From assembly GCF_009914755.1 (NCBI RefSeq), contig NC_060936.1: a DNA stretch of 64,000 bases; one strand, written 5' to 3'. The position numbers were made by a program, and so were the translations under genes. Under the pieces are notes generated by a model. The model saw nothing but the letters and a program-made list of their open reading frames with translations, searched no databases and was not told the DNA's origin. How positions within the stretch are numbered: position 1 is the stretch's first letter; each line of letters starts with the position of its first letter. Positions 1 to 16,371 of the stretch are shown here, piece by piece. This stretch comes from the human T2T-CHM13v2.0 reference genome, Homo sapiens.

Positions 1-242
1 AAGGAAGGAAGGCAATCTTCCATACCTGGAGTAGAAGTTGGCTTTTATTTGCTCCTATTTTTCTCTGTTTAATCAATTAAAAAGTATTTACAATGTTCTC
101 TGTACTGTGATAAGTACTCAAGAGATTAATATGGAAAGAAAAGACATGGCATGTCAATGACATACTTACTGAAATATTTCTTGGAAGAGCAAGATTTATT
201 CATACAAAGTAACTTATAGGCAACCATTGTTAATCTCTCCTA

Positions 243-1075
243 ATTTATTCCATTCCTTCAATCATTCGTTTCCCCAAAATTTATGAAAACATACCATCTT
301 CAAGAAAGTGCTAGGCTAGGGTTTGAGGTTACAATAGAGAAAATAAGTGGTTCTTGCCTTTGCAGAAAATGTAGCAATAATTATGAAGGAGTTGTAAACA
401 AAGAGCAATGGGCCCATAAAAGAAAGCATGCCTAATTCTGACGGTATGTCAAGGAATTCTCAATAGAGTTAATTTTTTTAAAAAACTGACTCTTGAAAGT
501 TGACTTGGAATTTACCAGGCAGAGTATGATCAACCAGGCAGTAGGGTATTTGGGTTAAAGGCATTGTTACCTGGGGTAGATGGAAGGGACACACGTGGAA
601 TTGTGAAGAAGAACAGCATATTTGGAAAATGAGTAATTCAATATTGCAGGGAAATAGGAACAAAGCAAATGGCAGAAGATGGGACTATACTGAAAGACAC
701 TGGCCAGATTATGAAGTACCTTAAATTTCCTACTAAGGCATTTATGTTATTGGAAATGGGAAGTAATTGAAGGATTTTATGAAATGGGTTATCATGATCA
801 TATTTGAGTTTTATGACGATAATACTAGTGGTAATTGAAAATTAGGATAAGGGTGGAGGCTCTGACATCAGTTGATAGCTTATTGCATTCATCCATGACA
901 GATTTGATAACTTTCTGAACAGAAGCATGGCAGTGGAGGTGGAACAAAGGTAATGTCCTTGAGAACTATTAGGAGGCAGAAACTCTAGGATGTAAGCCAC
1001 TGTTAATGTAATGGCTATGGGGTAGGAAAGAGTTTCCTATCATAAATAGGTTTCTGGCTAGAGAGACTAGGTATT
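243..1075 (-). mobile_element. Degenerate L2 LINE fragment(s)
   Basis: Reverse-complement L2 3' end (ATTTATTCCATTCCTTCAATCATTC) at ~243 followed by purine-rich L2-like body; boundaries approximate. Confidence 0.6.
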
Positions 1076-1549
1076 TTCTGTCAATAAGCCAAACCTATTA
1101 TAGACTTAATGGCACAGCACCTGGCAGACATAAACAGTATATAACATATACTTATATACATAACAGTATGTTATGTATACTTATATACTTATATACATAA
1201 CAGCATATAAGTATAAGGATACTTATAAAGCACATGTAGATCTCAGGTATCCCATAGAATTAGTTACAGAAGAATACTTTTTTGGGGGTAAGACCAGGTT
1301 TGGGGTGACCTGGCTACATTTTTGGGGAGAAATCTGATGTACTTTTTTCCTTTGGTAGACATAGTTTAAGAAACTTATTACAAAATTAACAACACAAATC
1401 TAAGTTCACACATTTTTAGGTCCCCTCTTAAGTTTTGGAAAGGTCTGTACCATAAAAGTTTTTAAAGTTTAAGCTTCATTAGTGTTATGGAAAATCCACC
1501 TCTGGCTAAGGTATAATTTTATTTCTCCGTCAGTTATATTCCCACCTCT

Positions 1550-1579
1550 ACACACACACACACACACACACATACACAC

Positions 1580-1632
<53 letters not shown>

Positions 1633-1640
1633 GACACACA
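1550..1640. repeat. (CA)n microsatellite with CATA interruptions
   Basis: Directly visible; explains ORFs 1469..1666 and 1482..1676. Confidence 0.98.
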
Positions 1641-1874
1641 TTTATTCTCCTGCCCCTGCCCTGCACTCCCCGCTAGAGAATTTTATGGTTATTTCCTGTA
1701 AAGTCAGTTGACTTTGAAGTCTTACAAGGCCAATGAGCACCTTGTGAGAAGTCAGTACATTTTTTAATCCTTAAACACAAAATATTAAAACAACATTTCA
1801 ATCTGTAAGCAATGCAATACTCATTCTTTCTTAAAAATATCACGGATAAAATAAAGAGGTTTTAGTAACAATTA

Positions 1875-2112
1875 TAGTCAATATTTATTAATTAAGCACT
1901 CAATAGCAGATGGTCTCCTTATATGTGGTAACCTTCTTGATCCTCACAGAAATCCTTTGTAGTAGGTTCTATTTCTCTTCCTAATTTACAGTGAGAAAAG
2001 TGAGTCCCAGAAGGGTTAAATAACTTTCCCAAGTTGTAAACAGTTGACAAATGGTAGGGCCAAGTCTTGAATCTCAGTAGTTTGGCTCCAGAACCTGTGC
2101 TCACTTTAACTT
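1875..2112 (-). mobile_element. MIR SINE
   Basis: Minus strand reads GGTTCTGGAGCCAAA...CTTGGGAAAGTTATTTAACCCTTCTGGGACTCACTTTTCTCACTGTAAATT, the MIR core. Confidence 0.85.
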
Positions 2113-2894
2113 TCATGTCACTGTATCGCTTCTTATGAATGTATTCATGTTGTGAATTTATTCATGTGATAGATGGCAAGCACAGAGACCGTATTTGTAG
2201 GCATTTTAGTGAACAGTTAAAAATGAGCTCGTGAAGAGAGACAGACAAGTCAGTAGGAGTAATAAACATTTACTAAGCCCCTACTATATACTAATGTAGC
2301 TAAGCTTGGGAGACATTTTCTTTCTGTCTTCTCGGATATGTTCCTATTTTCTTTCTAGATGAAAAGTATCAGGAAAATTGATGATCGAATAACTCTGGAT
2401 TGGGAGCCATTTTCTGGTTGTACAATATTGTACTCTACAAAGATTGGTCTTTTAGTGCTCTTCAGATCCCCATGGGGTGAAATGGCAAAAATCATGACTC
2501 TTCTGTCTTCCCCTGACCAAATGAACGCTGACCCCCATATGCCCTAATTCTTCTATCCTCCTTTTCTTCCATGGAACTCACTTGAAAGCACTCTTTGCAA
2601 ACATAGAGGCTTCCAGAGACCAGGCATGTAGGATAATTGTGTGAAGCAGGGCAGAGTAAGATAATAAGGAATGGTGGGAAATGTGGAACCAGTACCCATA
2701 TACATGCCATCCCAAAAGGCATTCAAATTCACTTTAGAAACAATACAAACAGCAAATACCCTGCTAGCCAAATAAAATCTTCAAACAGATGCAGGTTCTT
2801 TATTTTCAGTCAACCATCCTGTTTGTCAGCCCATTTCTATCATGTGTCTCCTCCTCCCCTTTTCCCACAGGTGAAACCAGAGTGAAACCAAGCT

Positions 2895-3472
2895 TAGATA
2901 AACAGAATAATGGCCTCAAAAGATGTCTGCACGCGAATCTCTCAGAAACTGTGAATATATGATGTTAGTTGGCAGATGAATCAAAGTTAGAGACCTTAAA
3001 ATTAAAAAAAAAATTATCCTGAATTTTCTGTCTGGATTTGATCTAATCACACGAGCTTTAAAAGTAGAGAACAACCTCCATTGAATCAAGAAGGGAAAGG
3101 CAGAGAGATTCAGAGTGAAGAAATTGATGCCCCGTTGCTGGTGCAAAGATGAGAGGGGCAAAGGGCAGAATGCAAGTGGTCTTTGGTAACCAAGAGAAGC
3201 TCGTGACTGAAAGTCCGCAAAGAAACAGATACCTCATCTCTATAACCATAAGGAACTGTATTCTGCCCACTAACCTGAATGAGAAAGCTGACTCTTCTCC
3301 AGAGCCTCCACAGAAAGGAATGCAATCTTGATTTCCTCCATGTCGAACTCTAAGTAGAGAAACAGCTGAGTCACACTGTGCCTGAACTTCTGCCCCACAG
3401 AGAATTTGTGATAATAAATTGGCATCTGAATTTCCAAGTTTTTGGTAATTTGTTACAGTAGCAATAGAAGCC
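2895..3472 (+). mobile_element. MaLR solo LTR (MLT1D/E-like)
   Basis: 5' CAGAATAATGGCCTCAAAAGATGTC, internal GAATGAGAAAGCTGACTCTTCTCCAGAGCCTCCA, 3' GGTAATTTGTTACAGTAGCAATAG typical of MLT1. Confidence 0.85.
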
Positions 3473-4334
3473 AAGGTTCCCACTCCTTCTTTTGTCTTAC
3501 ATTGTGGCATCTCAGACTTCAGTTGCATATTAATGGAATTAATTAATTTCTGCTGGCCCCAAAGGGAAGTGGGAAAAGGGAGAGCTCTGGCCCTGTGGCT
3601 GGCTGCAAGTCTCAGACAATAGATATTGAAACTCAAGTTTTTGCTATGTTAATCAAGGCTGTGGCCAGTTTTTCTCCTGAGTTATATCAAAATATATACT
3701 CCTCGACAAGATTACTAATTGTTTAAAGACCACACAATTGATTTAATGCTATGCATTTTTTTCTATTTTCTCATTTAATCCTTCAACATTGACAAGTATT
3801 ATTTTTCCAAGTCATGAAACTTGCAGGAAAGTTCAGTAACAAGTAGTATAGTGGCATTGAAATTTAAGTCCTTTGAATTCTAGCAATGTTGGGAAAAGAG
3901 TGGGTTACTTTATTACAAGGCACTGGAAAGCTGGGATGAAGCAGAATTGGGTCTCATCCATCCTTTGAGCTAAGAAGTATTATCTCTCCACCTTTATATG
4001 TAACCCTTTTAGATGTCTGTAAGAAAGTGATCCCACCCCAGTGTCTGTAACTAGATTTATGACTGTCAGTTGAACATTCAGAGCACCAGAACACTTGATT
4101 AATTGCTACAGGGCATTTGTTATTTTATTAAGGTGTTTATAATTCAAAAGCAATGCACTAATCTCGTGGAGTGAAATGTGTTGATGTATTTTCATAGAAT
4201 ATCATCTGTTGCTGCCAGGAAGCTGAGAGGTCTGCATCAGTTACTTCCCCCATCCAATTCCAATTGTTTCATGCCCCCAAGTCACTCTTTTTATTTCTTT
4301 AGACTGGAAAGCTTATCTTGGTAGGATCACTGTT

Positions 4335-4445
4335 TTTCTCTCACTGAATTGTAAGCTCCATAAAAGCAAAGACCACTCTATTTCATGGAATAGTTCCTGG
4401 AACATGTGACGTAAGAACTCAATGCATTTTTGTAAAAGAAAGCAA
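4335..4445 (+). mobile_element. L2 3'-end fragment
   Basis: CTGAATTGTAAGCTCCATAAAAGCAAAGACC...GTTCCTGGAACATG...CTCAATGCATTTTTG. Confidence 0.55.
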
Positions 4446-4799
4446 ATAATGAAATCCCATAATTAAAAACAATGAATAATAAGAAGTGTAGTGTTTTATT
4501 GAGAGAGTGAAAGGGAGTCTTACCCTGAACATTACCCATCTGATTATATATATATTTTATTGTATGGGAAAGTAGCTACCAGGAATTCTAAGTTATATGA
4601 AAACTCTTAATTTGTTCTGCAAATTTGTCTTCTAACTTTGGCTTTAATTCTTTTATTATTATTGTTTTTGTTTATTTTGCAATGATTTTGTTATGAGCTT
4701 ATTGCTTGACTGAGGACAGGCTGTTATAGTTTAGAGAAAGGAATATGATTAAAAGGTATAATGCAGCTCAGTGGAAGCTTGGCTACTTAAACAGAGCTC

Positions 4800-4966
4800 A
4801 AGGCTGCACTATCCTGTATGAACCCTTTGGGTGAATTAAAAACAAACAAAAAAACAAACAAACAAACTTCCCTTGGGCAGACTAGACCAGTGGAGATGCC
4901 CCCACTGGCATCTCCAGTCTGTTTTATACACTGAACAAGCTGAACAGCTACACACAGCCATCCTGC
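4800..4966 (-). mobile_element. hAT DNA transposon relic (MER91-like)
   Basis: Minus-strand CAGGATGGCTGTGTGTAGCTGTTCAGCTTGTTCAGTGT resembles the MER91 terminus; subfamily tentative. Confidence 0.45.
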
Positions 4967-7255
4967 CTGGTTGGTCATTGTCAAGTATACCAGTGTAACA
5001 TCATTTTGGGCAATTCCTAAGACCTTCTTTAGCTTTTTGTTTCAATTTATTTATTTATTTTTTGTACCCACTTCCAAACTCCATACTCCTATTCCTCCAG
5101 ACCTCTACTCTGAAGTCTGCCTCTGATAGCCTCACATTGAATGACCCTCTGAGTCACCTTCTACCATTTTGATTTTGGACATTTTTGCTATTTTTGTGGC
5201 TTTGTTTGCTTCTTTGGCCACCATGACCTTGATATCTGGGAATGAGATTCTCAGCTCTGGGCTTGGTGCAGCAGAATCCAAAACCCCACTCAGAGCAAGC
5301 CTACCCCAGCATCCTCGGGGAAGAGAGGAAATTAAAACAGCACCAAAGCTTTTAAATAATTTATGTAAATACCTCAAAAAACAACTTGAAATGTATCCAT
5401 GTGATCAGAAGCATCAGACAAAGCTAGAGTCAATGTGATATTCTAAATGGCCATAGGACCTCACTGCATAAACTATCGGGCAAATTTGATTGCCTTTGGA
5501 GAAAAAAATACATTGAACCAGCTGAGAAGTAAAAAGAATTACATCATAAAAAGTTTCATTATGTGGAAATGGAAACTTTGCCTTATGGTAAAAAAAAAAA
5601 AAACAAAAACAAAAACAAAAAAACTCATGAATACATGTTTTACTAACAGTGATTGTTATTGACCACTCTTTGGCTGTACAAAGGGAGCAGGTATGGAAAT
5701 GTACTGGGACATCTACCACACTTTAGTAATCCCATCCATTAAAGTACTCTAGGAAAATCATTATTATTAATAAACATCCTTCCTCTCAATATTTTCTTCT
5801 AAAGGTCTATTATTTCTAAAGATATTACAATAAAAACAATCTAAAATTTAAAATAATCTAAAAATTTTGGAAACAAAAACTAAGACTATCCCTTCCAACT
5901 CTGGCCATAGCTGTTAGAGTCTCATTAAATAATGCAAATACCTGTTCCCAAACATAGCTGTCTTCAGAAATTCCCTTTCCACCATCCATCACCCATCATG
6001 ATGTTTTCATCAGCTGCTTCTAATGATTTTGTTGCTGCTTCTGACTTGAAATTTTAAGGAGATGAATGAATTGACAAATGGATGAATGAATGCATGCTAA
6101 CTCAGAACTGTCTTGTTCTGAGTGGATGGAAGTCAGTCAGATAGCACTGATGGGGAATGTGAGAAAGAAGAGTGCTCTTCTTTGTCCATATTAATGAAAC
6201 TCTGTCTTGTTATAACTCAATAATTTCAGCAACTGATGGGAGACAGATGGCTGCAGTGAACACAGGAATTTTAAAAGAGCTCAATGCTCAGGTTGCACAA
6301 CATGTTGTTAAGAGCTTTGACATTTTTATCAAATGAACTTATATAATTTCACTGTAGATGGATTTTTAAAATTTATTTAAATGAAAGTAATGCATTAAAG
6401 TGGTAATAAACAATCTGAAGAATTGAAATTTTCCTTTTTCTAATCCAAACTCTTGACCAGCAATTTCAATCCTTGATGATAACAATAGCTCCCTGATTAC
6501 AATCTTTCAAGTATCTTTCTAAAAATAATTGTAAAGATAAACAAGCACATTTGTGTGTGTATGTGTGTACATCTTTTTTATTTACACTAATGGGATAGTA
6601 CTAAAATATATTATACACTTCACTTTTATCTGATAATAATATATTATTCAAATCATTTTAAACCAGGAAATTGAGATCTACTTCTGTTTATATATTTTCA
6701 AAATGTGTCTTAATTATATTCAAAGCATTGGTAAAGATTAAGTTTTACCTATCCTCCCACTTATACCTAGATGCAATTATTTTATAAACTATTTTTTGTT
6801 TTAAAATCATTTGGTGATTAAGCTACTATAGAATCACCTCTATAATAATCTTTAAACAATTACTTTTCAGTTCCTTTTATGAAGCATGACTATTTGTCTT
6901 GCTGACATTAATTCCTTCCCTCTCCTTCTAATTTTTGATAGCTATGTTGATTAGCTTTATAATTTTGAATAATAGATTTATTACTATTTCTTGTTCCATA
7001 ATGTTCAGTTAGGGCCTAGGATTCCCTATAGTTATCTTACCTTCTGAGGCAAAGACTACACCAAAATGCATCCTCCTTTACTTCCACATTAAAACAGTTT
7101 TAGTTAAAATGTGGCTGCCCAACTAAGTACTATTATTCTCAGAAAGACTTGTTGCTAAATGTAATCATGTGAGAAAATTCTTGCTAATAAAACATGGTGT
7201 GGGAATGATATCTGTTAGCTTCTATACATTTGCTTAAAAGAATACTATTACCTTC

Positions 7256-7646
7256 TGTGATGGTTAATACAGAGTGTCAACTTGATTGGATTGAAGGATG
7301 CAAAGTATTGATCCTGAGTGTGTCTGTGATGCTGTTGCCAAAGGAGATTAACATTTGAGTCAGTGGGCTGCAAAAGGCAGACCCACCCTTAATCTGGGTG
7401 AGCACAATCTAATCAGCTGCCAGCATGGCCAAAATAAAAAGCAGACAGAAGAACGTGAAAAGACTAGACTGGCTTAGCCTCCCAGCCTACATCTTTCTCC
7501 CAAGCTGGATGCTTCCTGCCCTTGAATATTGGACTCCAAGTTCTTCAGCTTTAGGACTCAAACTGACTTTCCTTGCTTCTCAGCTTGCAGACGGCCTATT
7601 TTGGGACCTTGTGATCATGTGAGTTAATACTCCTTAATAAACCCCC

Positions 7647-7697
<51 letters not shown>

Positions 7698-7897
7698 CAT
7701 ACACACACATATACATGTGTATATATATACATGTATATACGTATATATACGTATATATGTATATATGTATATATACATGTATATATGTATATACATTTAT
7801 ATATACATACATACACACACATATACACACATATACATATACACACATATATATACATACACACACGCATGTATATACATATATACACACACATACA

Positions 7898-7948
<51 letters not shown>

Positions 7949-7988
7949 TCTATTAGTTTTGTCCTTCTAGAGAACCCTGACTAATATA
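7256..7988 (+). mobile_element. MLT2A (HERV-L) solo LTR with 5-bp TSD CCTTC
   Basis: Starts TGTGATGGTTAATACAGAGTGTCAACTTGATTGGATTGAAGG, ends CTAGAGAACCCTGACTAATATA; CCTTC at 7251-7255 and 7989-7993. Confidence 0.93.
7647..7948. repeat. Compound (TA)/(CA)/(TATG)/(TC) microsatellite inside MLT2A
   Basis: Directly visible; explains the cluster of YI/CV/HT-rich ORFs. Confidence 0.97.
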
Positions 7989-8685
7989 CCTTCTATTGTT
8001 TTCACCTTTCTCTGGTTGAAAAGATGATCATTATGGTGGCTTGGAAGCCATACGTTGAATATTGTAAAACTTCCATAGTCTTGGACTCTGAAAGATGGCG
8101 TGGACCAGTTATTGACCAGGAATGTTGAGCATAACATGTGAGGAAAATAAACTTCTATCCTTTTTTGAGTCATAGCATTTTGGGAGGGTCTTTGTTATGA
8201 TACCTTTTAAATCTAAGAAATAAAATTTTTTCTACCTCTGCCCATCTGTCTTTTCACATTCCATCAGATCTATCATATGCAGCACGTTCATGTCCTGCTC
8301 ACATCCTCTTAGCACTCACTGTGTCACTGCATACCACAGGGCCCTCCTGCAAATGACTGCCACTTTCAGTCTCAAGGCTTTCCCTCCTCTCACCTCTGAA
8401 AGTAATAGGAAGTTACACCCCAGGAGCAGTCCTTGGCCACTGATGGACTGGAGTTTGAAGATAAATACTCCAGCTTTCCTGAAGATTTCCTTGGGAAACA
8501 TCATTTTAGGCATGTTTTACATTGTCTCCTTGACTTCTCCAGCAAGATTGCATTCTAGTTGCCCACATATTTAACTTGATTGATAATACAGTCCTCTGTC
8601 CCTTATTTGTATTATTTCCTTCTTTCCCTGACAACACTTCTTGGGAACAACTCTCGAAACTCTCAAATAAGCTGCTTATCCTCAA

Positions 8686-9011
<326 letters not shown>

Positions 9012-10242
9012 TGAGGAACTCAAGGTAGTATGCAAAGTTCTGATCCTAATCTATCCCTTGATTTAAAAAAAATAATCTGGAATTAGAGAGTTTGCCAGTC
9101 AGTTGGTGATAACAACTCCATCAGAAACTCTTTCTGAGCTCTTGTGAATGGCCTTTTGAGGTAACCCTTAGAACCAGCTAATACAGGAGCTAAACACCTG
9201 GGCCTGGATCAAGAGTGGTTTGCTTGATATGTTGGTGCAAGCAGAAAAAGGAAAACTACCGCATTTGCTACTCAGAGGTGGAAAGATAGCAGTGAGGAAA
9301 AGTCTTCCCTAATGGGCAAAACTTCATTTGGTACATCTTGTCATAAACTTTAGGGAAGGAAGAAATGGTCAGAGATAAAGAAACTCCTGGGAACTGGTGC
9401 ATGACTTAGTAACTGATGGATGTTCACCCTGGCATGCACAGCATCACAATTGCTAAGGCTCTTACCTGTGATGAATTGTAATAAAATACCAGTGAAAAGG
9501 GATGCACTGGCTTATGCTATAGCTCTAGCCCTTGAGAGACATGGTGGAAATGATTATTATTTACATCTTGGAGTTGATTGACTATTGTTAACTGCCCCAG
9601 ATATTTTGAAGGAAGACTATGAGAGGATCAGGTCAGCTACCAATTAACAAAGGGATTGTGCAAAAGCCGGAAAGCCTCCACAGCAATAATAAAGAGAATC
9701 ACAAATCTTGCACAGAAGGGAACAGGATCTGCTGAAAATCAGAAATTCCTGATTTTAATTGTTGCGCTGTTATGCAGATTTAAATTTACAGTCCTCTTAC
9801 ATCATGTCAGGACTCTGAGAGGGAAGGAGTGGACCCTTAGAGCTAGATGAAGATACTTGGGTGCATGGACATGAAAAGCTTGAATTCCCATATTATCCCA
9901 GGTATTCTACATCAGCAAGAGTCCCCCCATCTCACCACCACTCCTCTCAAGAAAAGAGAATCCAACCCTTCCTTATTTGCATGCTTACCTTCCTCAAGAT
10001 CTTCCACTGCTTCACCCCATTGCCTTTAGACCAATAAGTAGAGTTGTTTCGGCATGGCCCAAGTAATGAAATACTGTAATGGAACAAAAGGAAAAGAATA
10101 GTTTACCAAAAGAGCAGTAGGAACTGGTAGAAATATACTACCAGAAATTGGGAGAATATGCCTCATAATTAATCTTGAAATGCTATACCAGGGGTAGGGG
10201 ATGGGAGAATGGAATATAAGGCTAGATAGTGAACACTAAGAA

Positions 10243-12849
<2,607 letters not shown>

Positions 12850-14990
12850 ATGGATATGGGGGAGTAGTCTGTCATAACTCAGGATTAAAATTCTGGAAAT
12901 GTGATCATGAGCTGCTTCTATCATATTATTGGGATAACTGTTTAAAGCTTGGAATGGCAGCCTAAAGTAAATAAACTTGCTTTAGCAGAGTGTGACAGAA
13001 GGGGTGAAAACCTCAGAGAACCAATCAGGTTAAAATGAATTTATTATCTAACTCTGGAAAATATATCATCTGAGTATGTTTCCTGGAAGGACCTAGAGGA
13101 CACTCTTTTTACTAAAATGATAAGGAATTCACCACTGACAAAGGTGCCAACATTGATGACAAGTATACTTGTGGCTGTGTCTATGGTTCTGGGTTGATGA
13201 TAGAAGATTTTTATATGGAACTTGTGCCTTTGGGGGCAATATGGATAACAAAATCATGCCATATTTGATATCAGGTGACAGCACCTAACCATCAGTTGCA
13301 AAGCATATCTACTTATAATGATGGGTAGAAAGGTCTGGATGACATGCAGAGGACCTACATTGTAGATCTATTATACGTAATCAGTCATAGAGCTAGGGAT
13401 GAGATAGACAGGTAGCCAGCAACCAGCATGATTTGACCTGTATCGGGGTCAGCTGACTACAGCCTGTGGGTGAAATCTAGTCTTTTGTCTGTGAAACATG
13501 ACCATGTCCATTTATTTACCTACTGTTTATGTCTGTTTTGTGCTACAATGGCAAAGTTAAGTAGATAAAACAGAAACTGTATGGCCTACAAAACCGTGAA
13601 ATATTTACTGTCTAGCCCTTTACAGGAGAAGTTAGGACCCTGACCTATATAATCAAAGAAGGTCAAGAACAAGTGAGAAGATTGATGTCAGCCTCTATAA
13701 TGGAAAATCACAATCCTTGTTTCCAGACCTTAGCCAGTTTTCAGACTCAGAATTATTGACTGAAGGAGAGAAAGAACTCAGGAGATGAAATATACATAAA
13801 AGGCAATAGCAACCCACACCACCATTCCTTTGTCTCTAATAAGATAGCATACATTGCGAAAAGGAGAAATACATAGATCTCCTGAGACAGCACTTAGATA
13901 CAGATTCTGTGCTGACATTAACACCAGAGTACCATAAAATCAACATGGACACCCTTGTCAAGGGAGGCATACAGAGGCCAAGTGATAAATGAAGTCCTAA
14001 TTCACATCCCTTTCACACGCATACAGTGTAGTAATTTTTCTGGTATCTAAAGGAATGTTCAGTTTGGATAAAGTTTCTAGATGTATAAACCTCACATTGG
14101 TTCCTTCACCAGAGACTCTTGTTTGTTGTTTGTACCAATGAACTCTTCCTAAGCTCACAGACACATTGTCTTTGAGGATTCCTTGGGAATAGCTGATGGA
14201 ATTGCAAAACACCTAGGCCTGGATCATGGACAGAATGTTTAAATGTTTGTTCAACCAAAGAAAGTACTTCTGTCACACTGCTGTCACTTGGGGTGGCACT
14301 AAAAGTTGGCAGTGAATGAAAAGTTTTCTACTGGGCAGAGGCTTACTCAGTATATTTGACAGTAATTTTATGTTAAGAAAGAAGTGGTTTGAGATACTCA
14401 AAATACTGGGAAGAACTGAGTAGCTTGACAGCTTGTTCAGGAATCTGCAAAATGCAGGTGTTGATTGAAAACAAGAAGATATAGGTAAGAGGCATGCAAA
14501 TGGACACATATGGGAGTGATTTAAAGGCTTGTTAATTTTTTTTTTTTTTTTGCTTTGGGACAGTTTTCACTAGATGTGTAAGTTTCAAAGAAGCTACTAA
14601 AATCAGATGGACTGAGTTACTAATTTCATATACACTAGCCAGCCTCTGTTCTTCTAACCTAGTACTTACACGAGTGGCCCATGAATAGAGAAGTCATGTT
14701 GGCAGGGATTTGGGCTGTGTAAAAGACCAATAGCATGAGTTCCCTTTTGCCAAGGATTATCTGCTGCTGAATGTCAGACTGCAGAGGTATCACACAGCTA
14801 CAGAGTTATCACTAAACTGCCAATACGGTATCATCTTTTGAGGAATCCAACCCGTCACTTGGTGGCTAATTATATTGACAACAGTTCTTCCTTACTGATA
14901 TTGATATGCCTCCCCTGCCTATAGTGCCTCAGCTAATAGCATTGTCTGAAAGTTCAAAGAGTATCTGATTTATTGTTAAAGGTTCCTCAT

Positions 14991-15443
14991 TGTCAGGCCT
15001 TTGAGCCCAAGCCAAGCCATCGCATCCCCTGTGACTTGCACGTATAGGCCCAGATGGCCTGAAGTAACTGAAGAATCACAAAAGAAGTGAATATGCCCTG
15101 CCCCACCTTAACTGATGACATTCCACCACAAAAGAAGTGTAAATGGCTTGTCCTTGCCTTAAGTGATGACATTACCTTGTGAAAGTCCTTTTCCTGGCTC
15201 ATCCTGGCTCAAAAAGCACCCCCACTGAGCATCTTGTGACCCCCACTCCTGCCTGCCAGAGAAAAAACCCCGTTTGACTGTAATTTTCCTTTACCTACCC
15301 AAATCCTATAAAACGGCCCCACCCTTATCTCCCTTCACTGACTCTCTTTTCCGACTCAGCCCGCCTGCATCCAGGTGAAATGAACAGCCATGTTGCTCAC
15401 ACAAAGCCTGTTTGGTGGTCTCTTTACACGGACACGCATGAAA
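14991..15443 (+). promoter_or_regulatory. 5' LTR7 of provirus A (LTR7up-like); TATAAAA at 15307-15313; poly(A) hexamer mutated to AATGAA at 15379-15384
   Basis: Two ACAAAAGAAG blocks (SOX-like), GCCCCACC (KLF-like) and TATA box seen directly; subfamily assignment from memory. Confidence 0.8.
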
Positions 15444-15445
15444 TT

Positions 15446-15463
15446 TGGTGCTGTGACTCAGAT
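15446..15463 (+). other. tRNA-His primer-binding site of provirus A
   Basis: TGGTGCTGTGACTCAGAT vs canonical TGGTGCCGTGACTCGGAT (two CpG-decay changes). Confidence 0.93.
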
Positions 15464-15586
15464 CGGGGGACCTCCCTTGGGAGATCAATCCCCTGTCCTC
15501 CTGTTCTTTGCTCCATGAGAACGATCCACCTACGACCTCAGGTCCTCAGACCCACCAGCCCAAGGAACATCTCACCATTTTTAAAT

Positions 15587-15595
15587 CAGGTAAGC
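15587..15595 (+). promoter_or_regulatory. HERV-H major splice donor of provirus A
   Basis: CAG|GTAAGC about 150 nt past the LTR, at the usual HERV-H donor position. Confidence 0.75.
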
Positions 15596-16371
15596 GGCCT
15601 CTTCTTACTCTCTTCTCCAACCTCTCTCACTGTCCCTCAACCACTTTCTCCTTTCCACTCTTCAATCTCTCCCTTCTCTTAATTTCAATTCATTTCATTT
15701 TCTGGGAGAGACAAAGGAGACACGTTTTATCTGTGGACCCAAAACTCCGGCACCGGTCACGGACTGGGAAGGCAGCCTTCCCTTGGTGTTTAATCATTGC
15801 AGGGACGCCTCTCTGATTATACACCCACGTTTCAAGGGTGTCAGACCACACAGGGACGCCTGCCTTGGTCCTTCGCCCTTATCAGCAAGTCCCACTTTTC
15901 TGGGGAAGGGGCAAGTACCTCAATCCCTTCTCTCCTTGTCTCTACCACTTCTCTGCTTTTCCGGGGACAGGGCAAGTACTCCAACCCCTTCTCTCCTTGT
16001 CTCTACCCCTTCTCTGCTTTTCTGGGAGAGGGGCAAGTACCCCTCAACCCCTTCTCCTTCACTCTTAGCAGCAAGTCCCGCTTTTCTAGATGAGGGGCAA
16101 GTACCTCAACCTTGTATCTCTGCGCCCCAATCCCTTATTTCCACGCCCCAACCTCTTATATCTCTGCGCCCCAATCCCTTATTTCTGTGCCCTGACCCCT
16201 TATTTCCATGCCCCTACCCCTTATTTCTGCACCCCATCCCTTATTTCCATGCCCCGACCTCTTATCTCTGTGCCCCAACCCCTTTTCCCACTTTTCTGGA
16301 AGGTAAGAACCCCCAAACCGCTTCCCTCCATTTCTCTACTCTCTTTTTTCTCTAGGCTTGGTTCCTTCACT

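Noticed and set aside
2340-2547. Splice-acceptor-like TTTTCTTTCTAG followed by a 62-aa ORF; similar sites near 38656 and 62928
   Set aside because: No convincing paired donor or coding signal; lncRNA exons cannot be excluded without transcript data
3058-3636. 192-aa minus-strand ORF
   Set aside because: Mostly antisense to an MLT1 LTR, non-ATG start, no recognisable domain
7596-7984. Cluster of overlapping YI/CV/HT-rich ORFs (also 1469-1676)
   Set aside because: Translations of dinucleotide microsatellites
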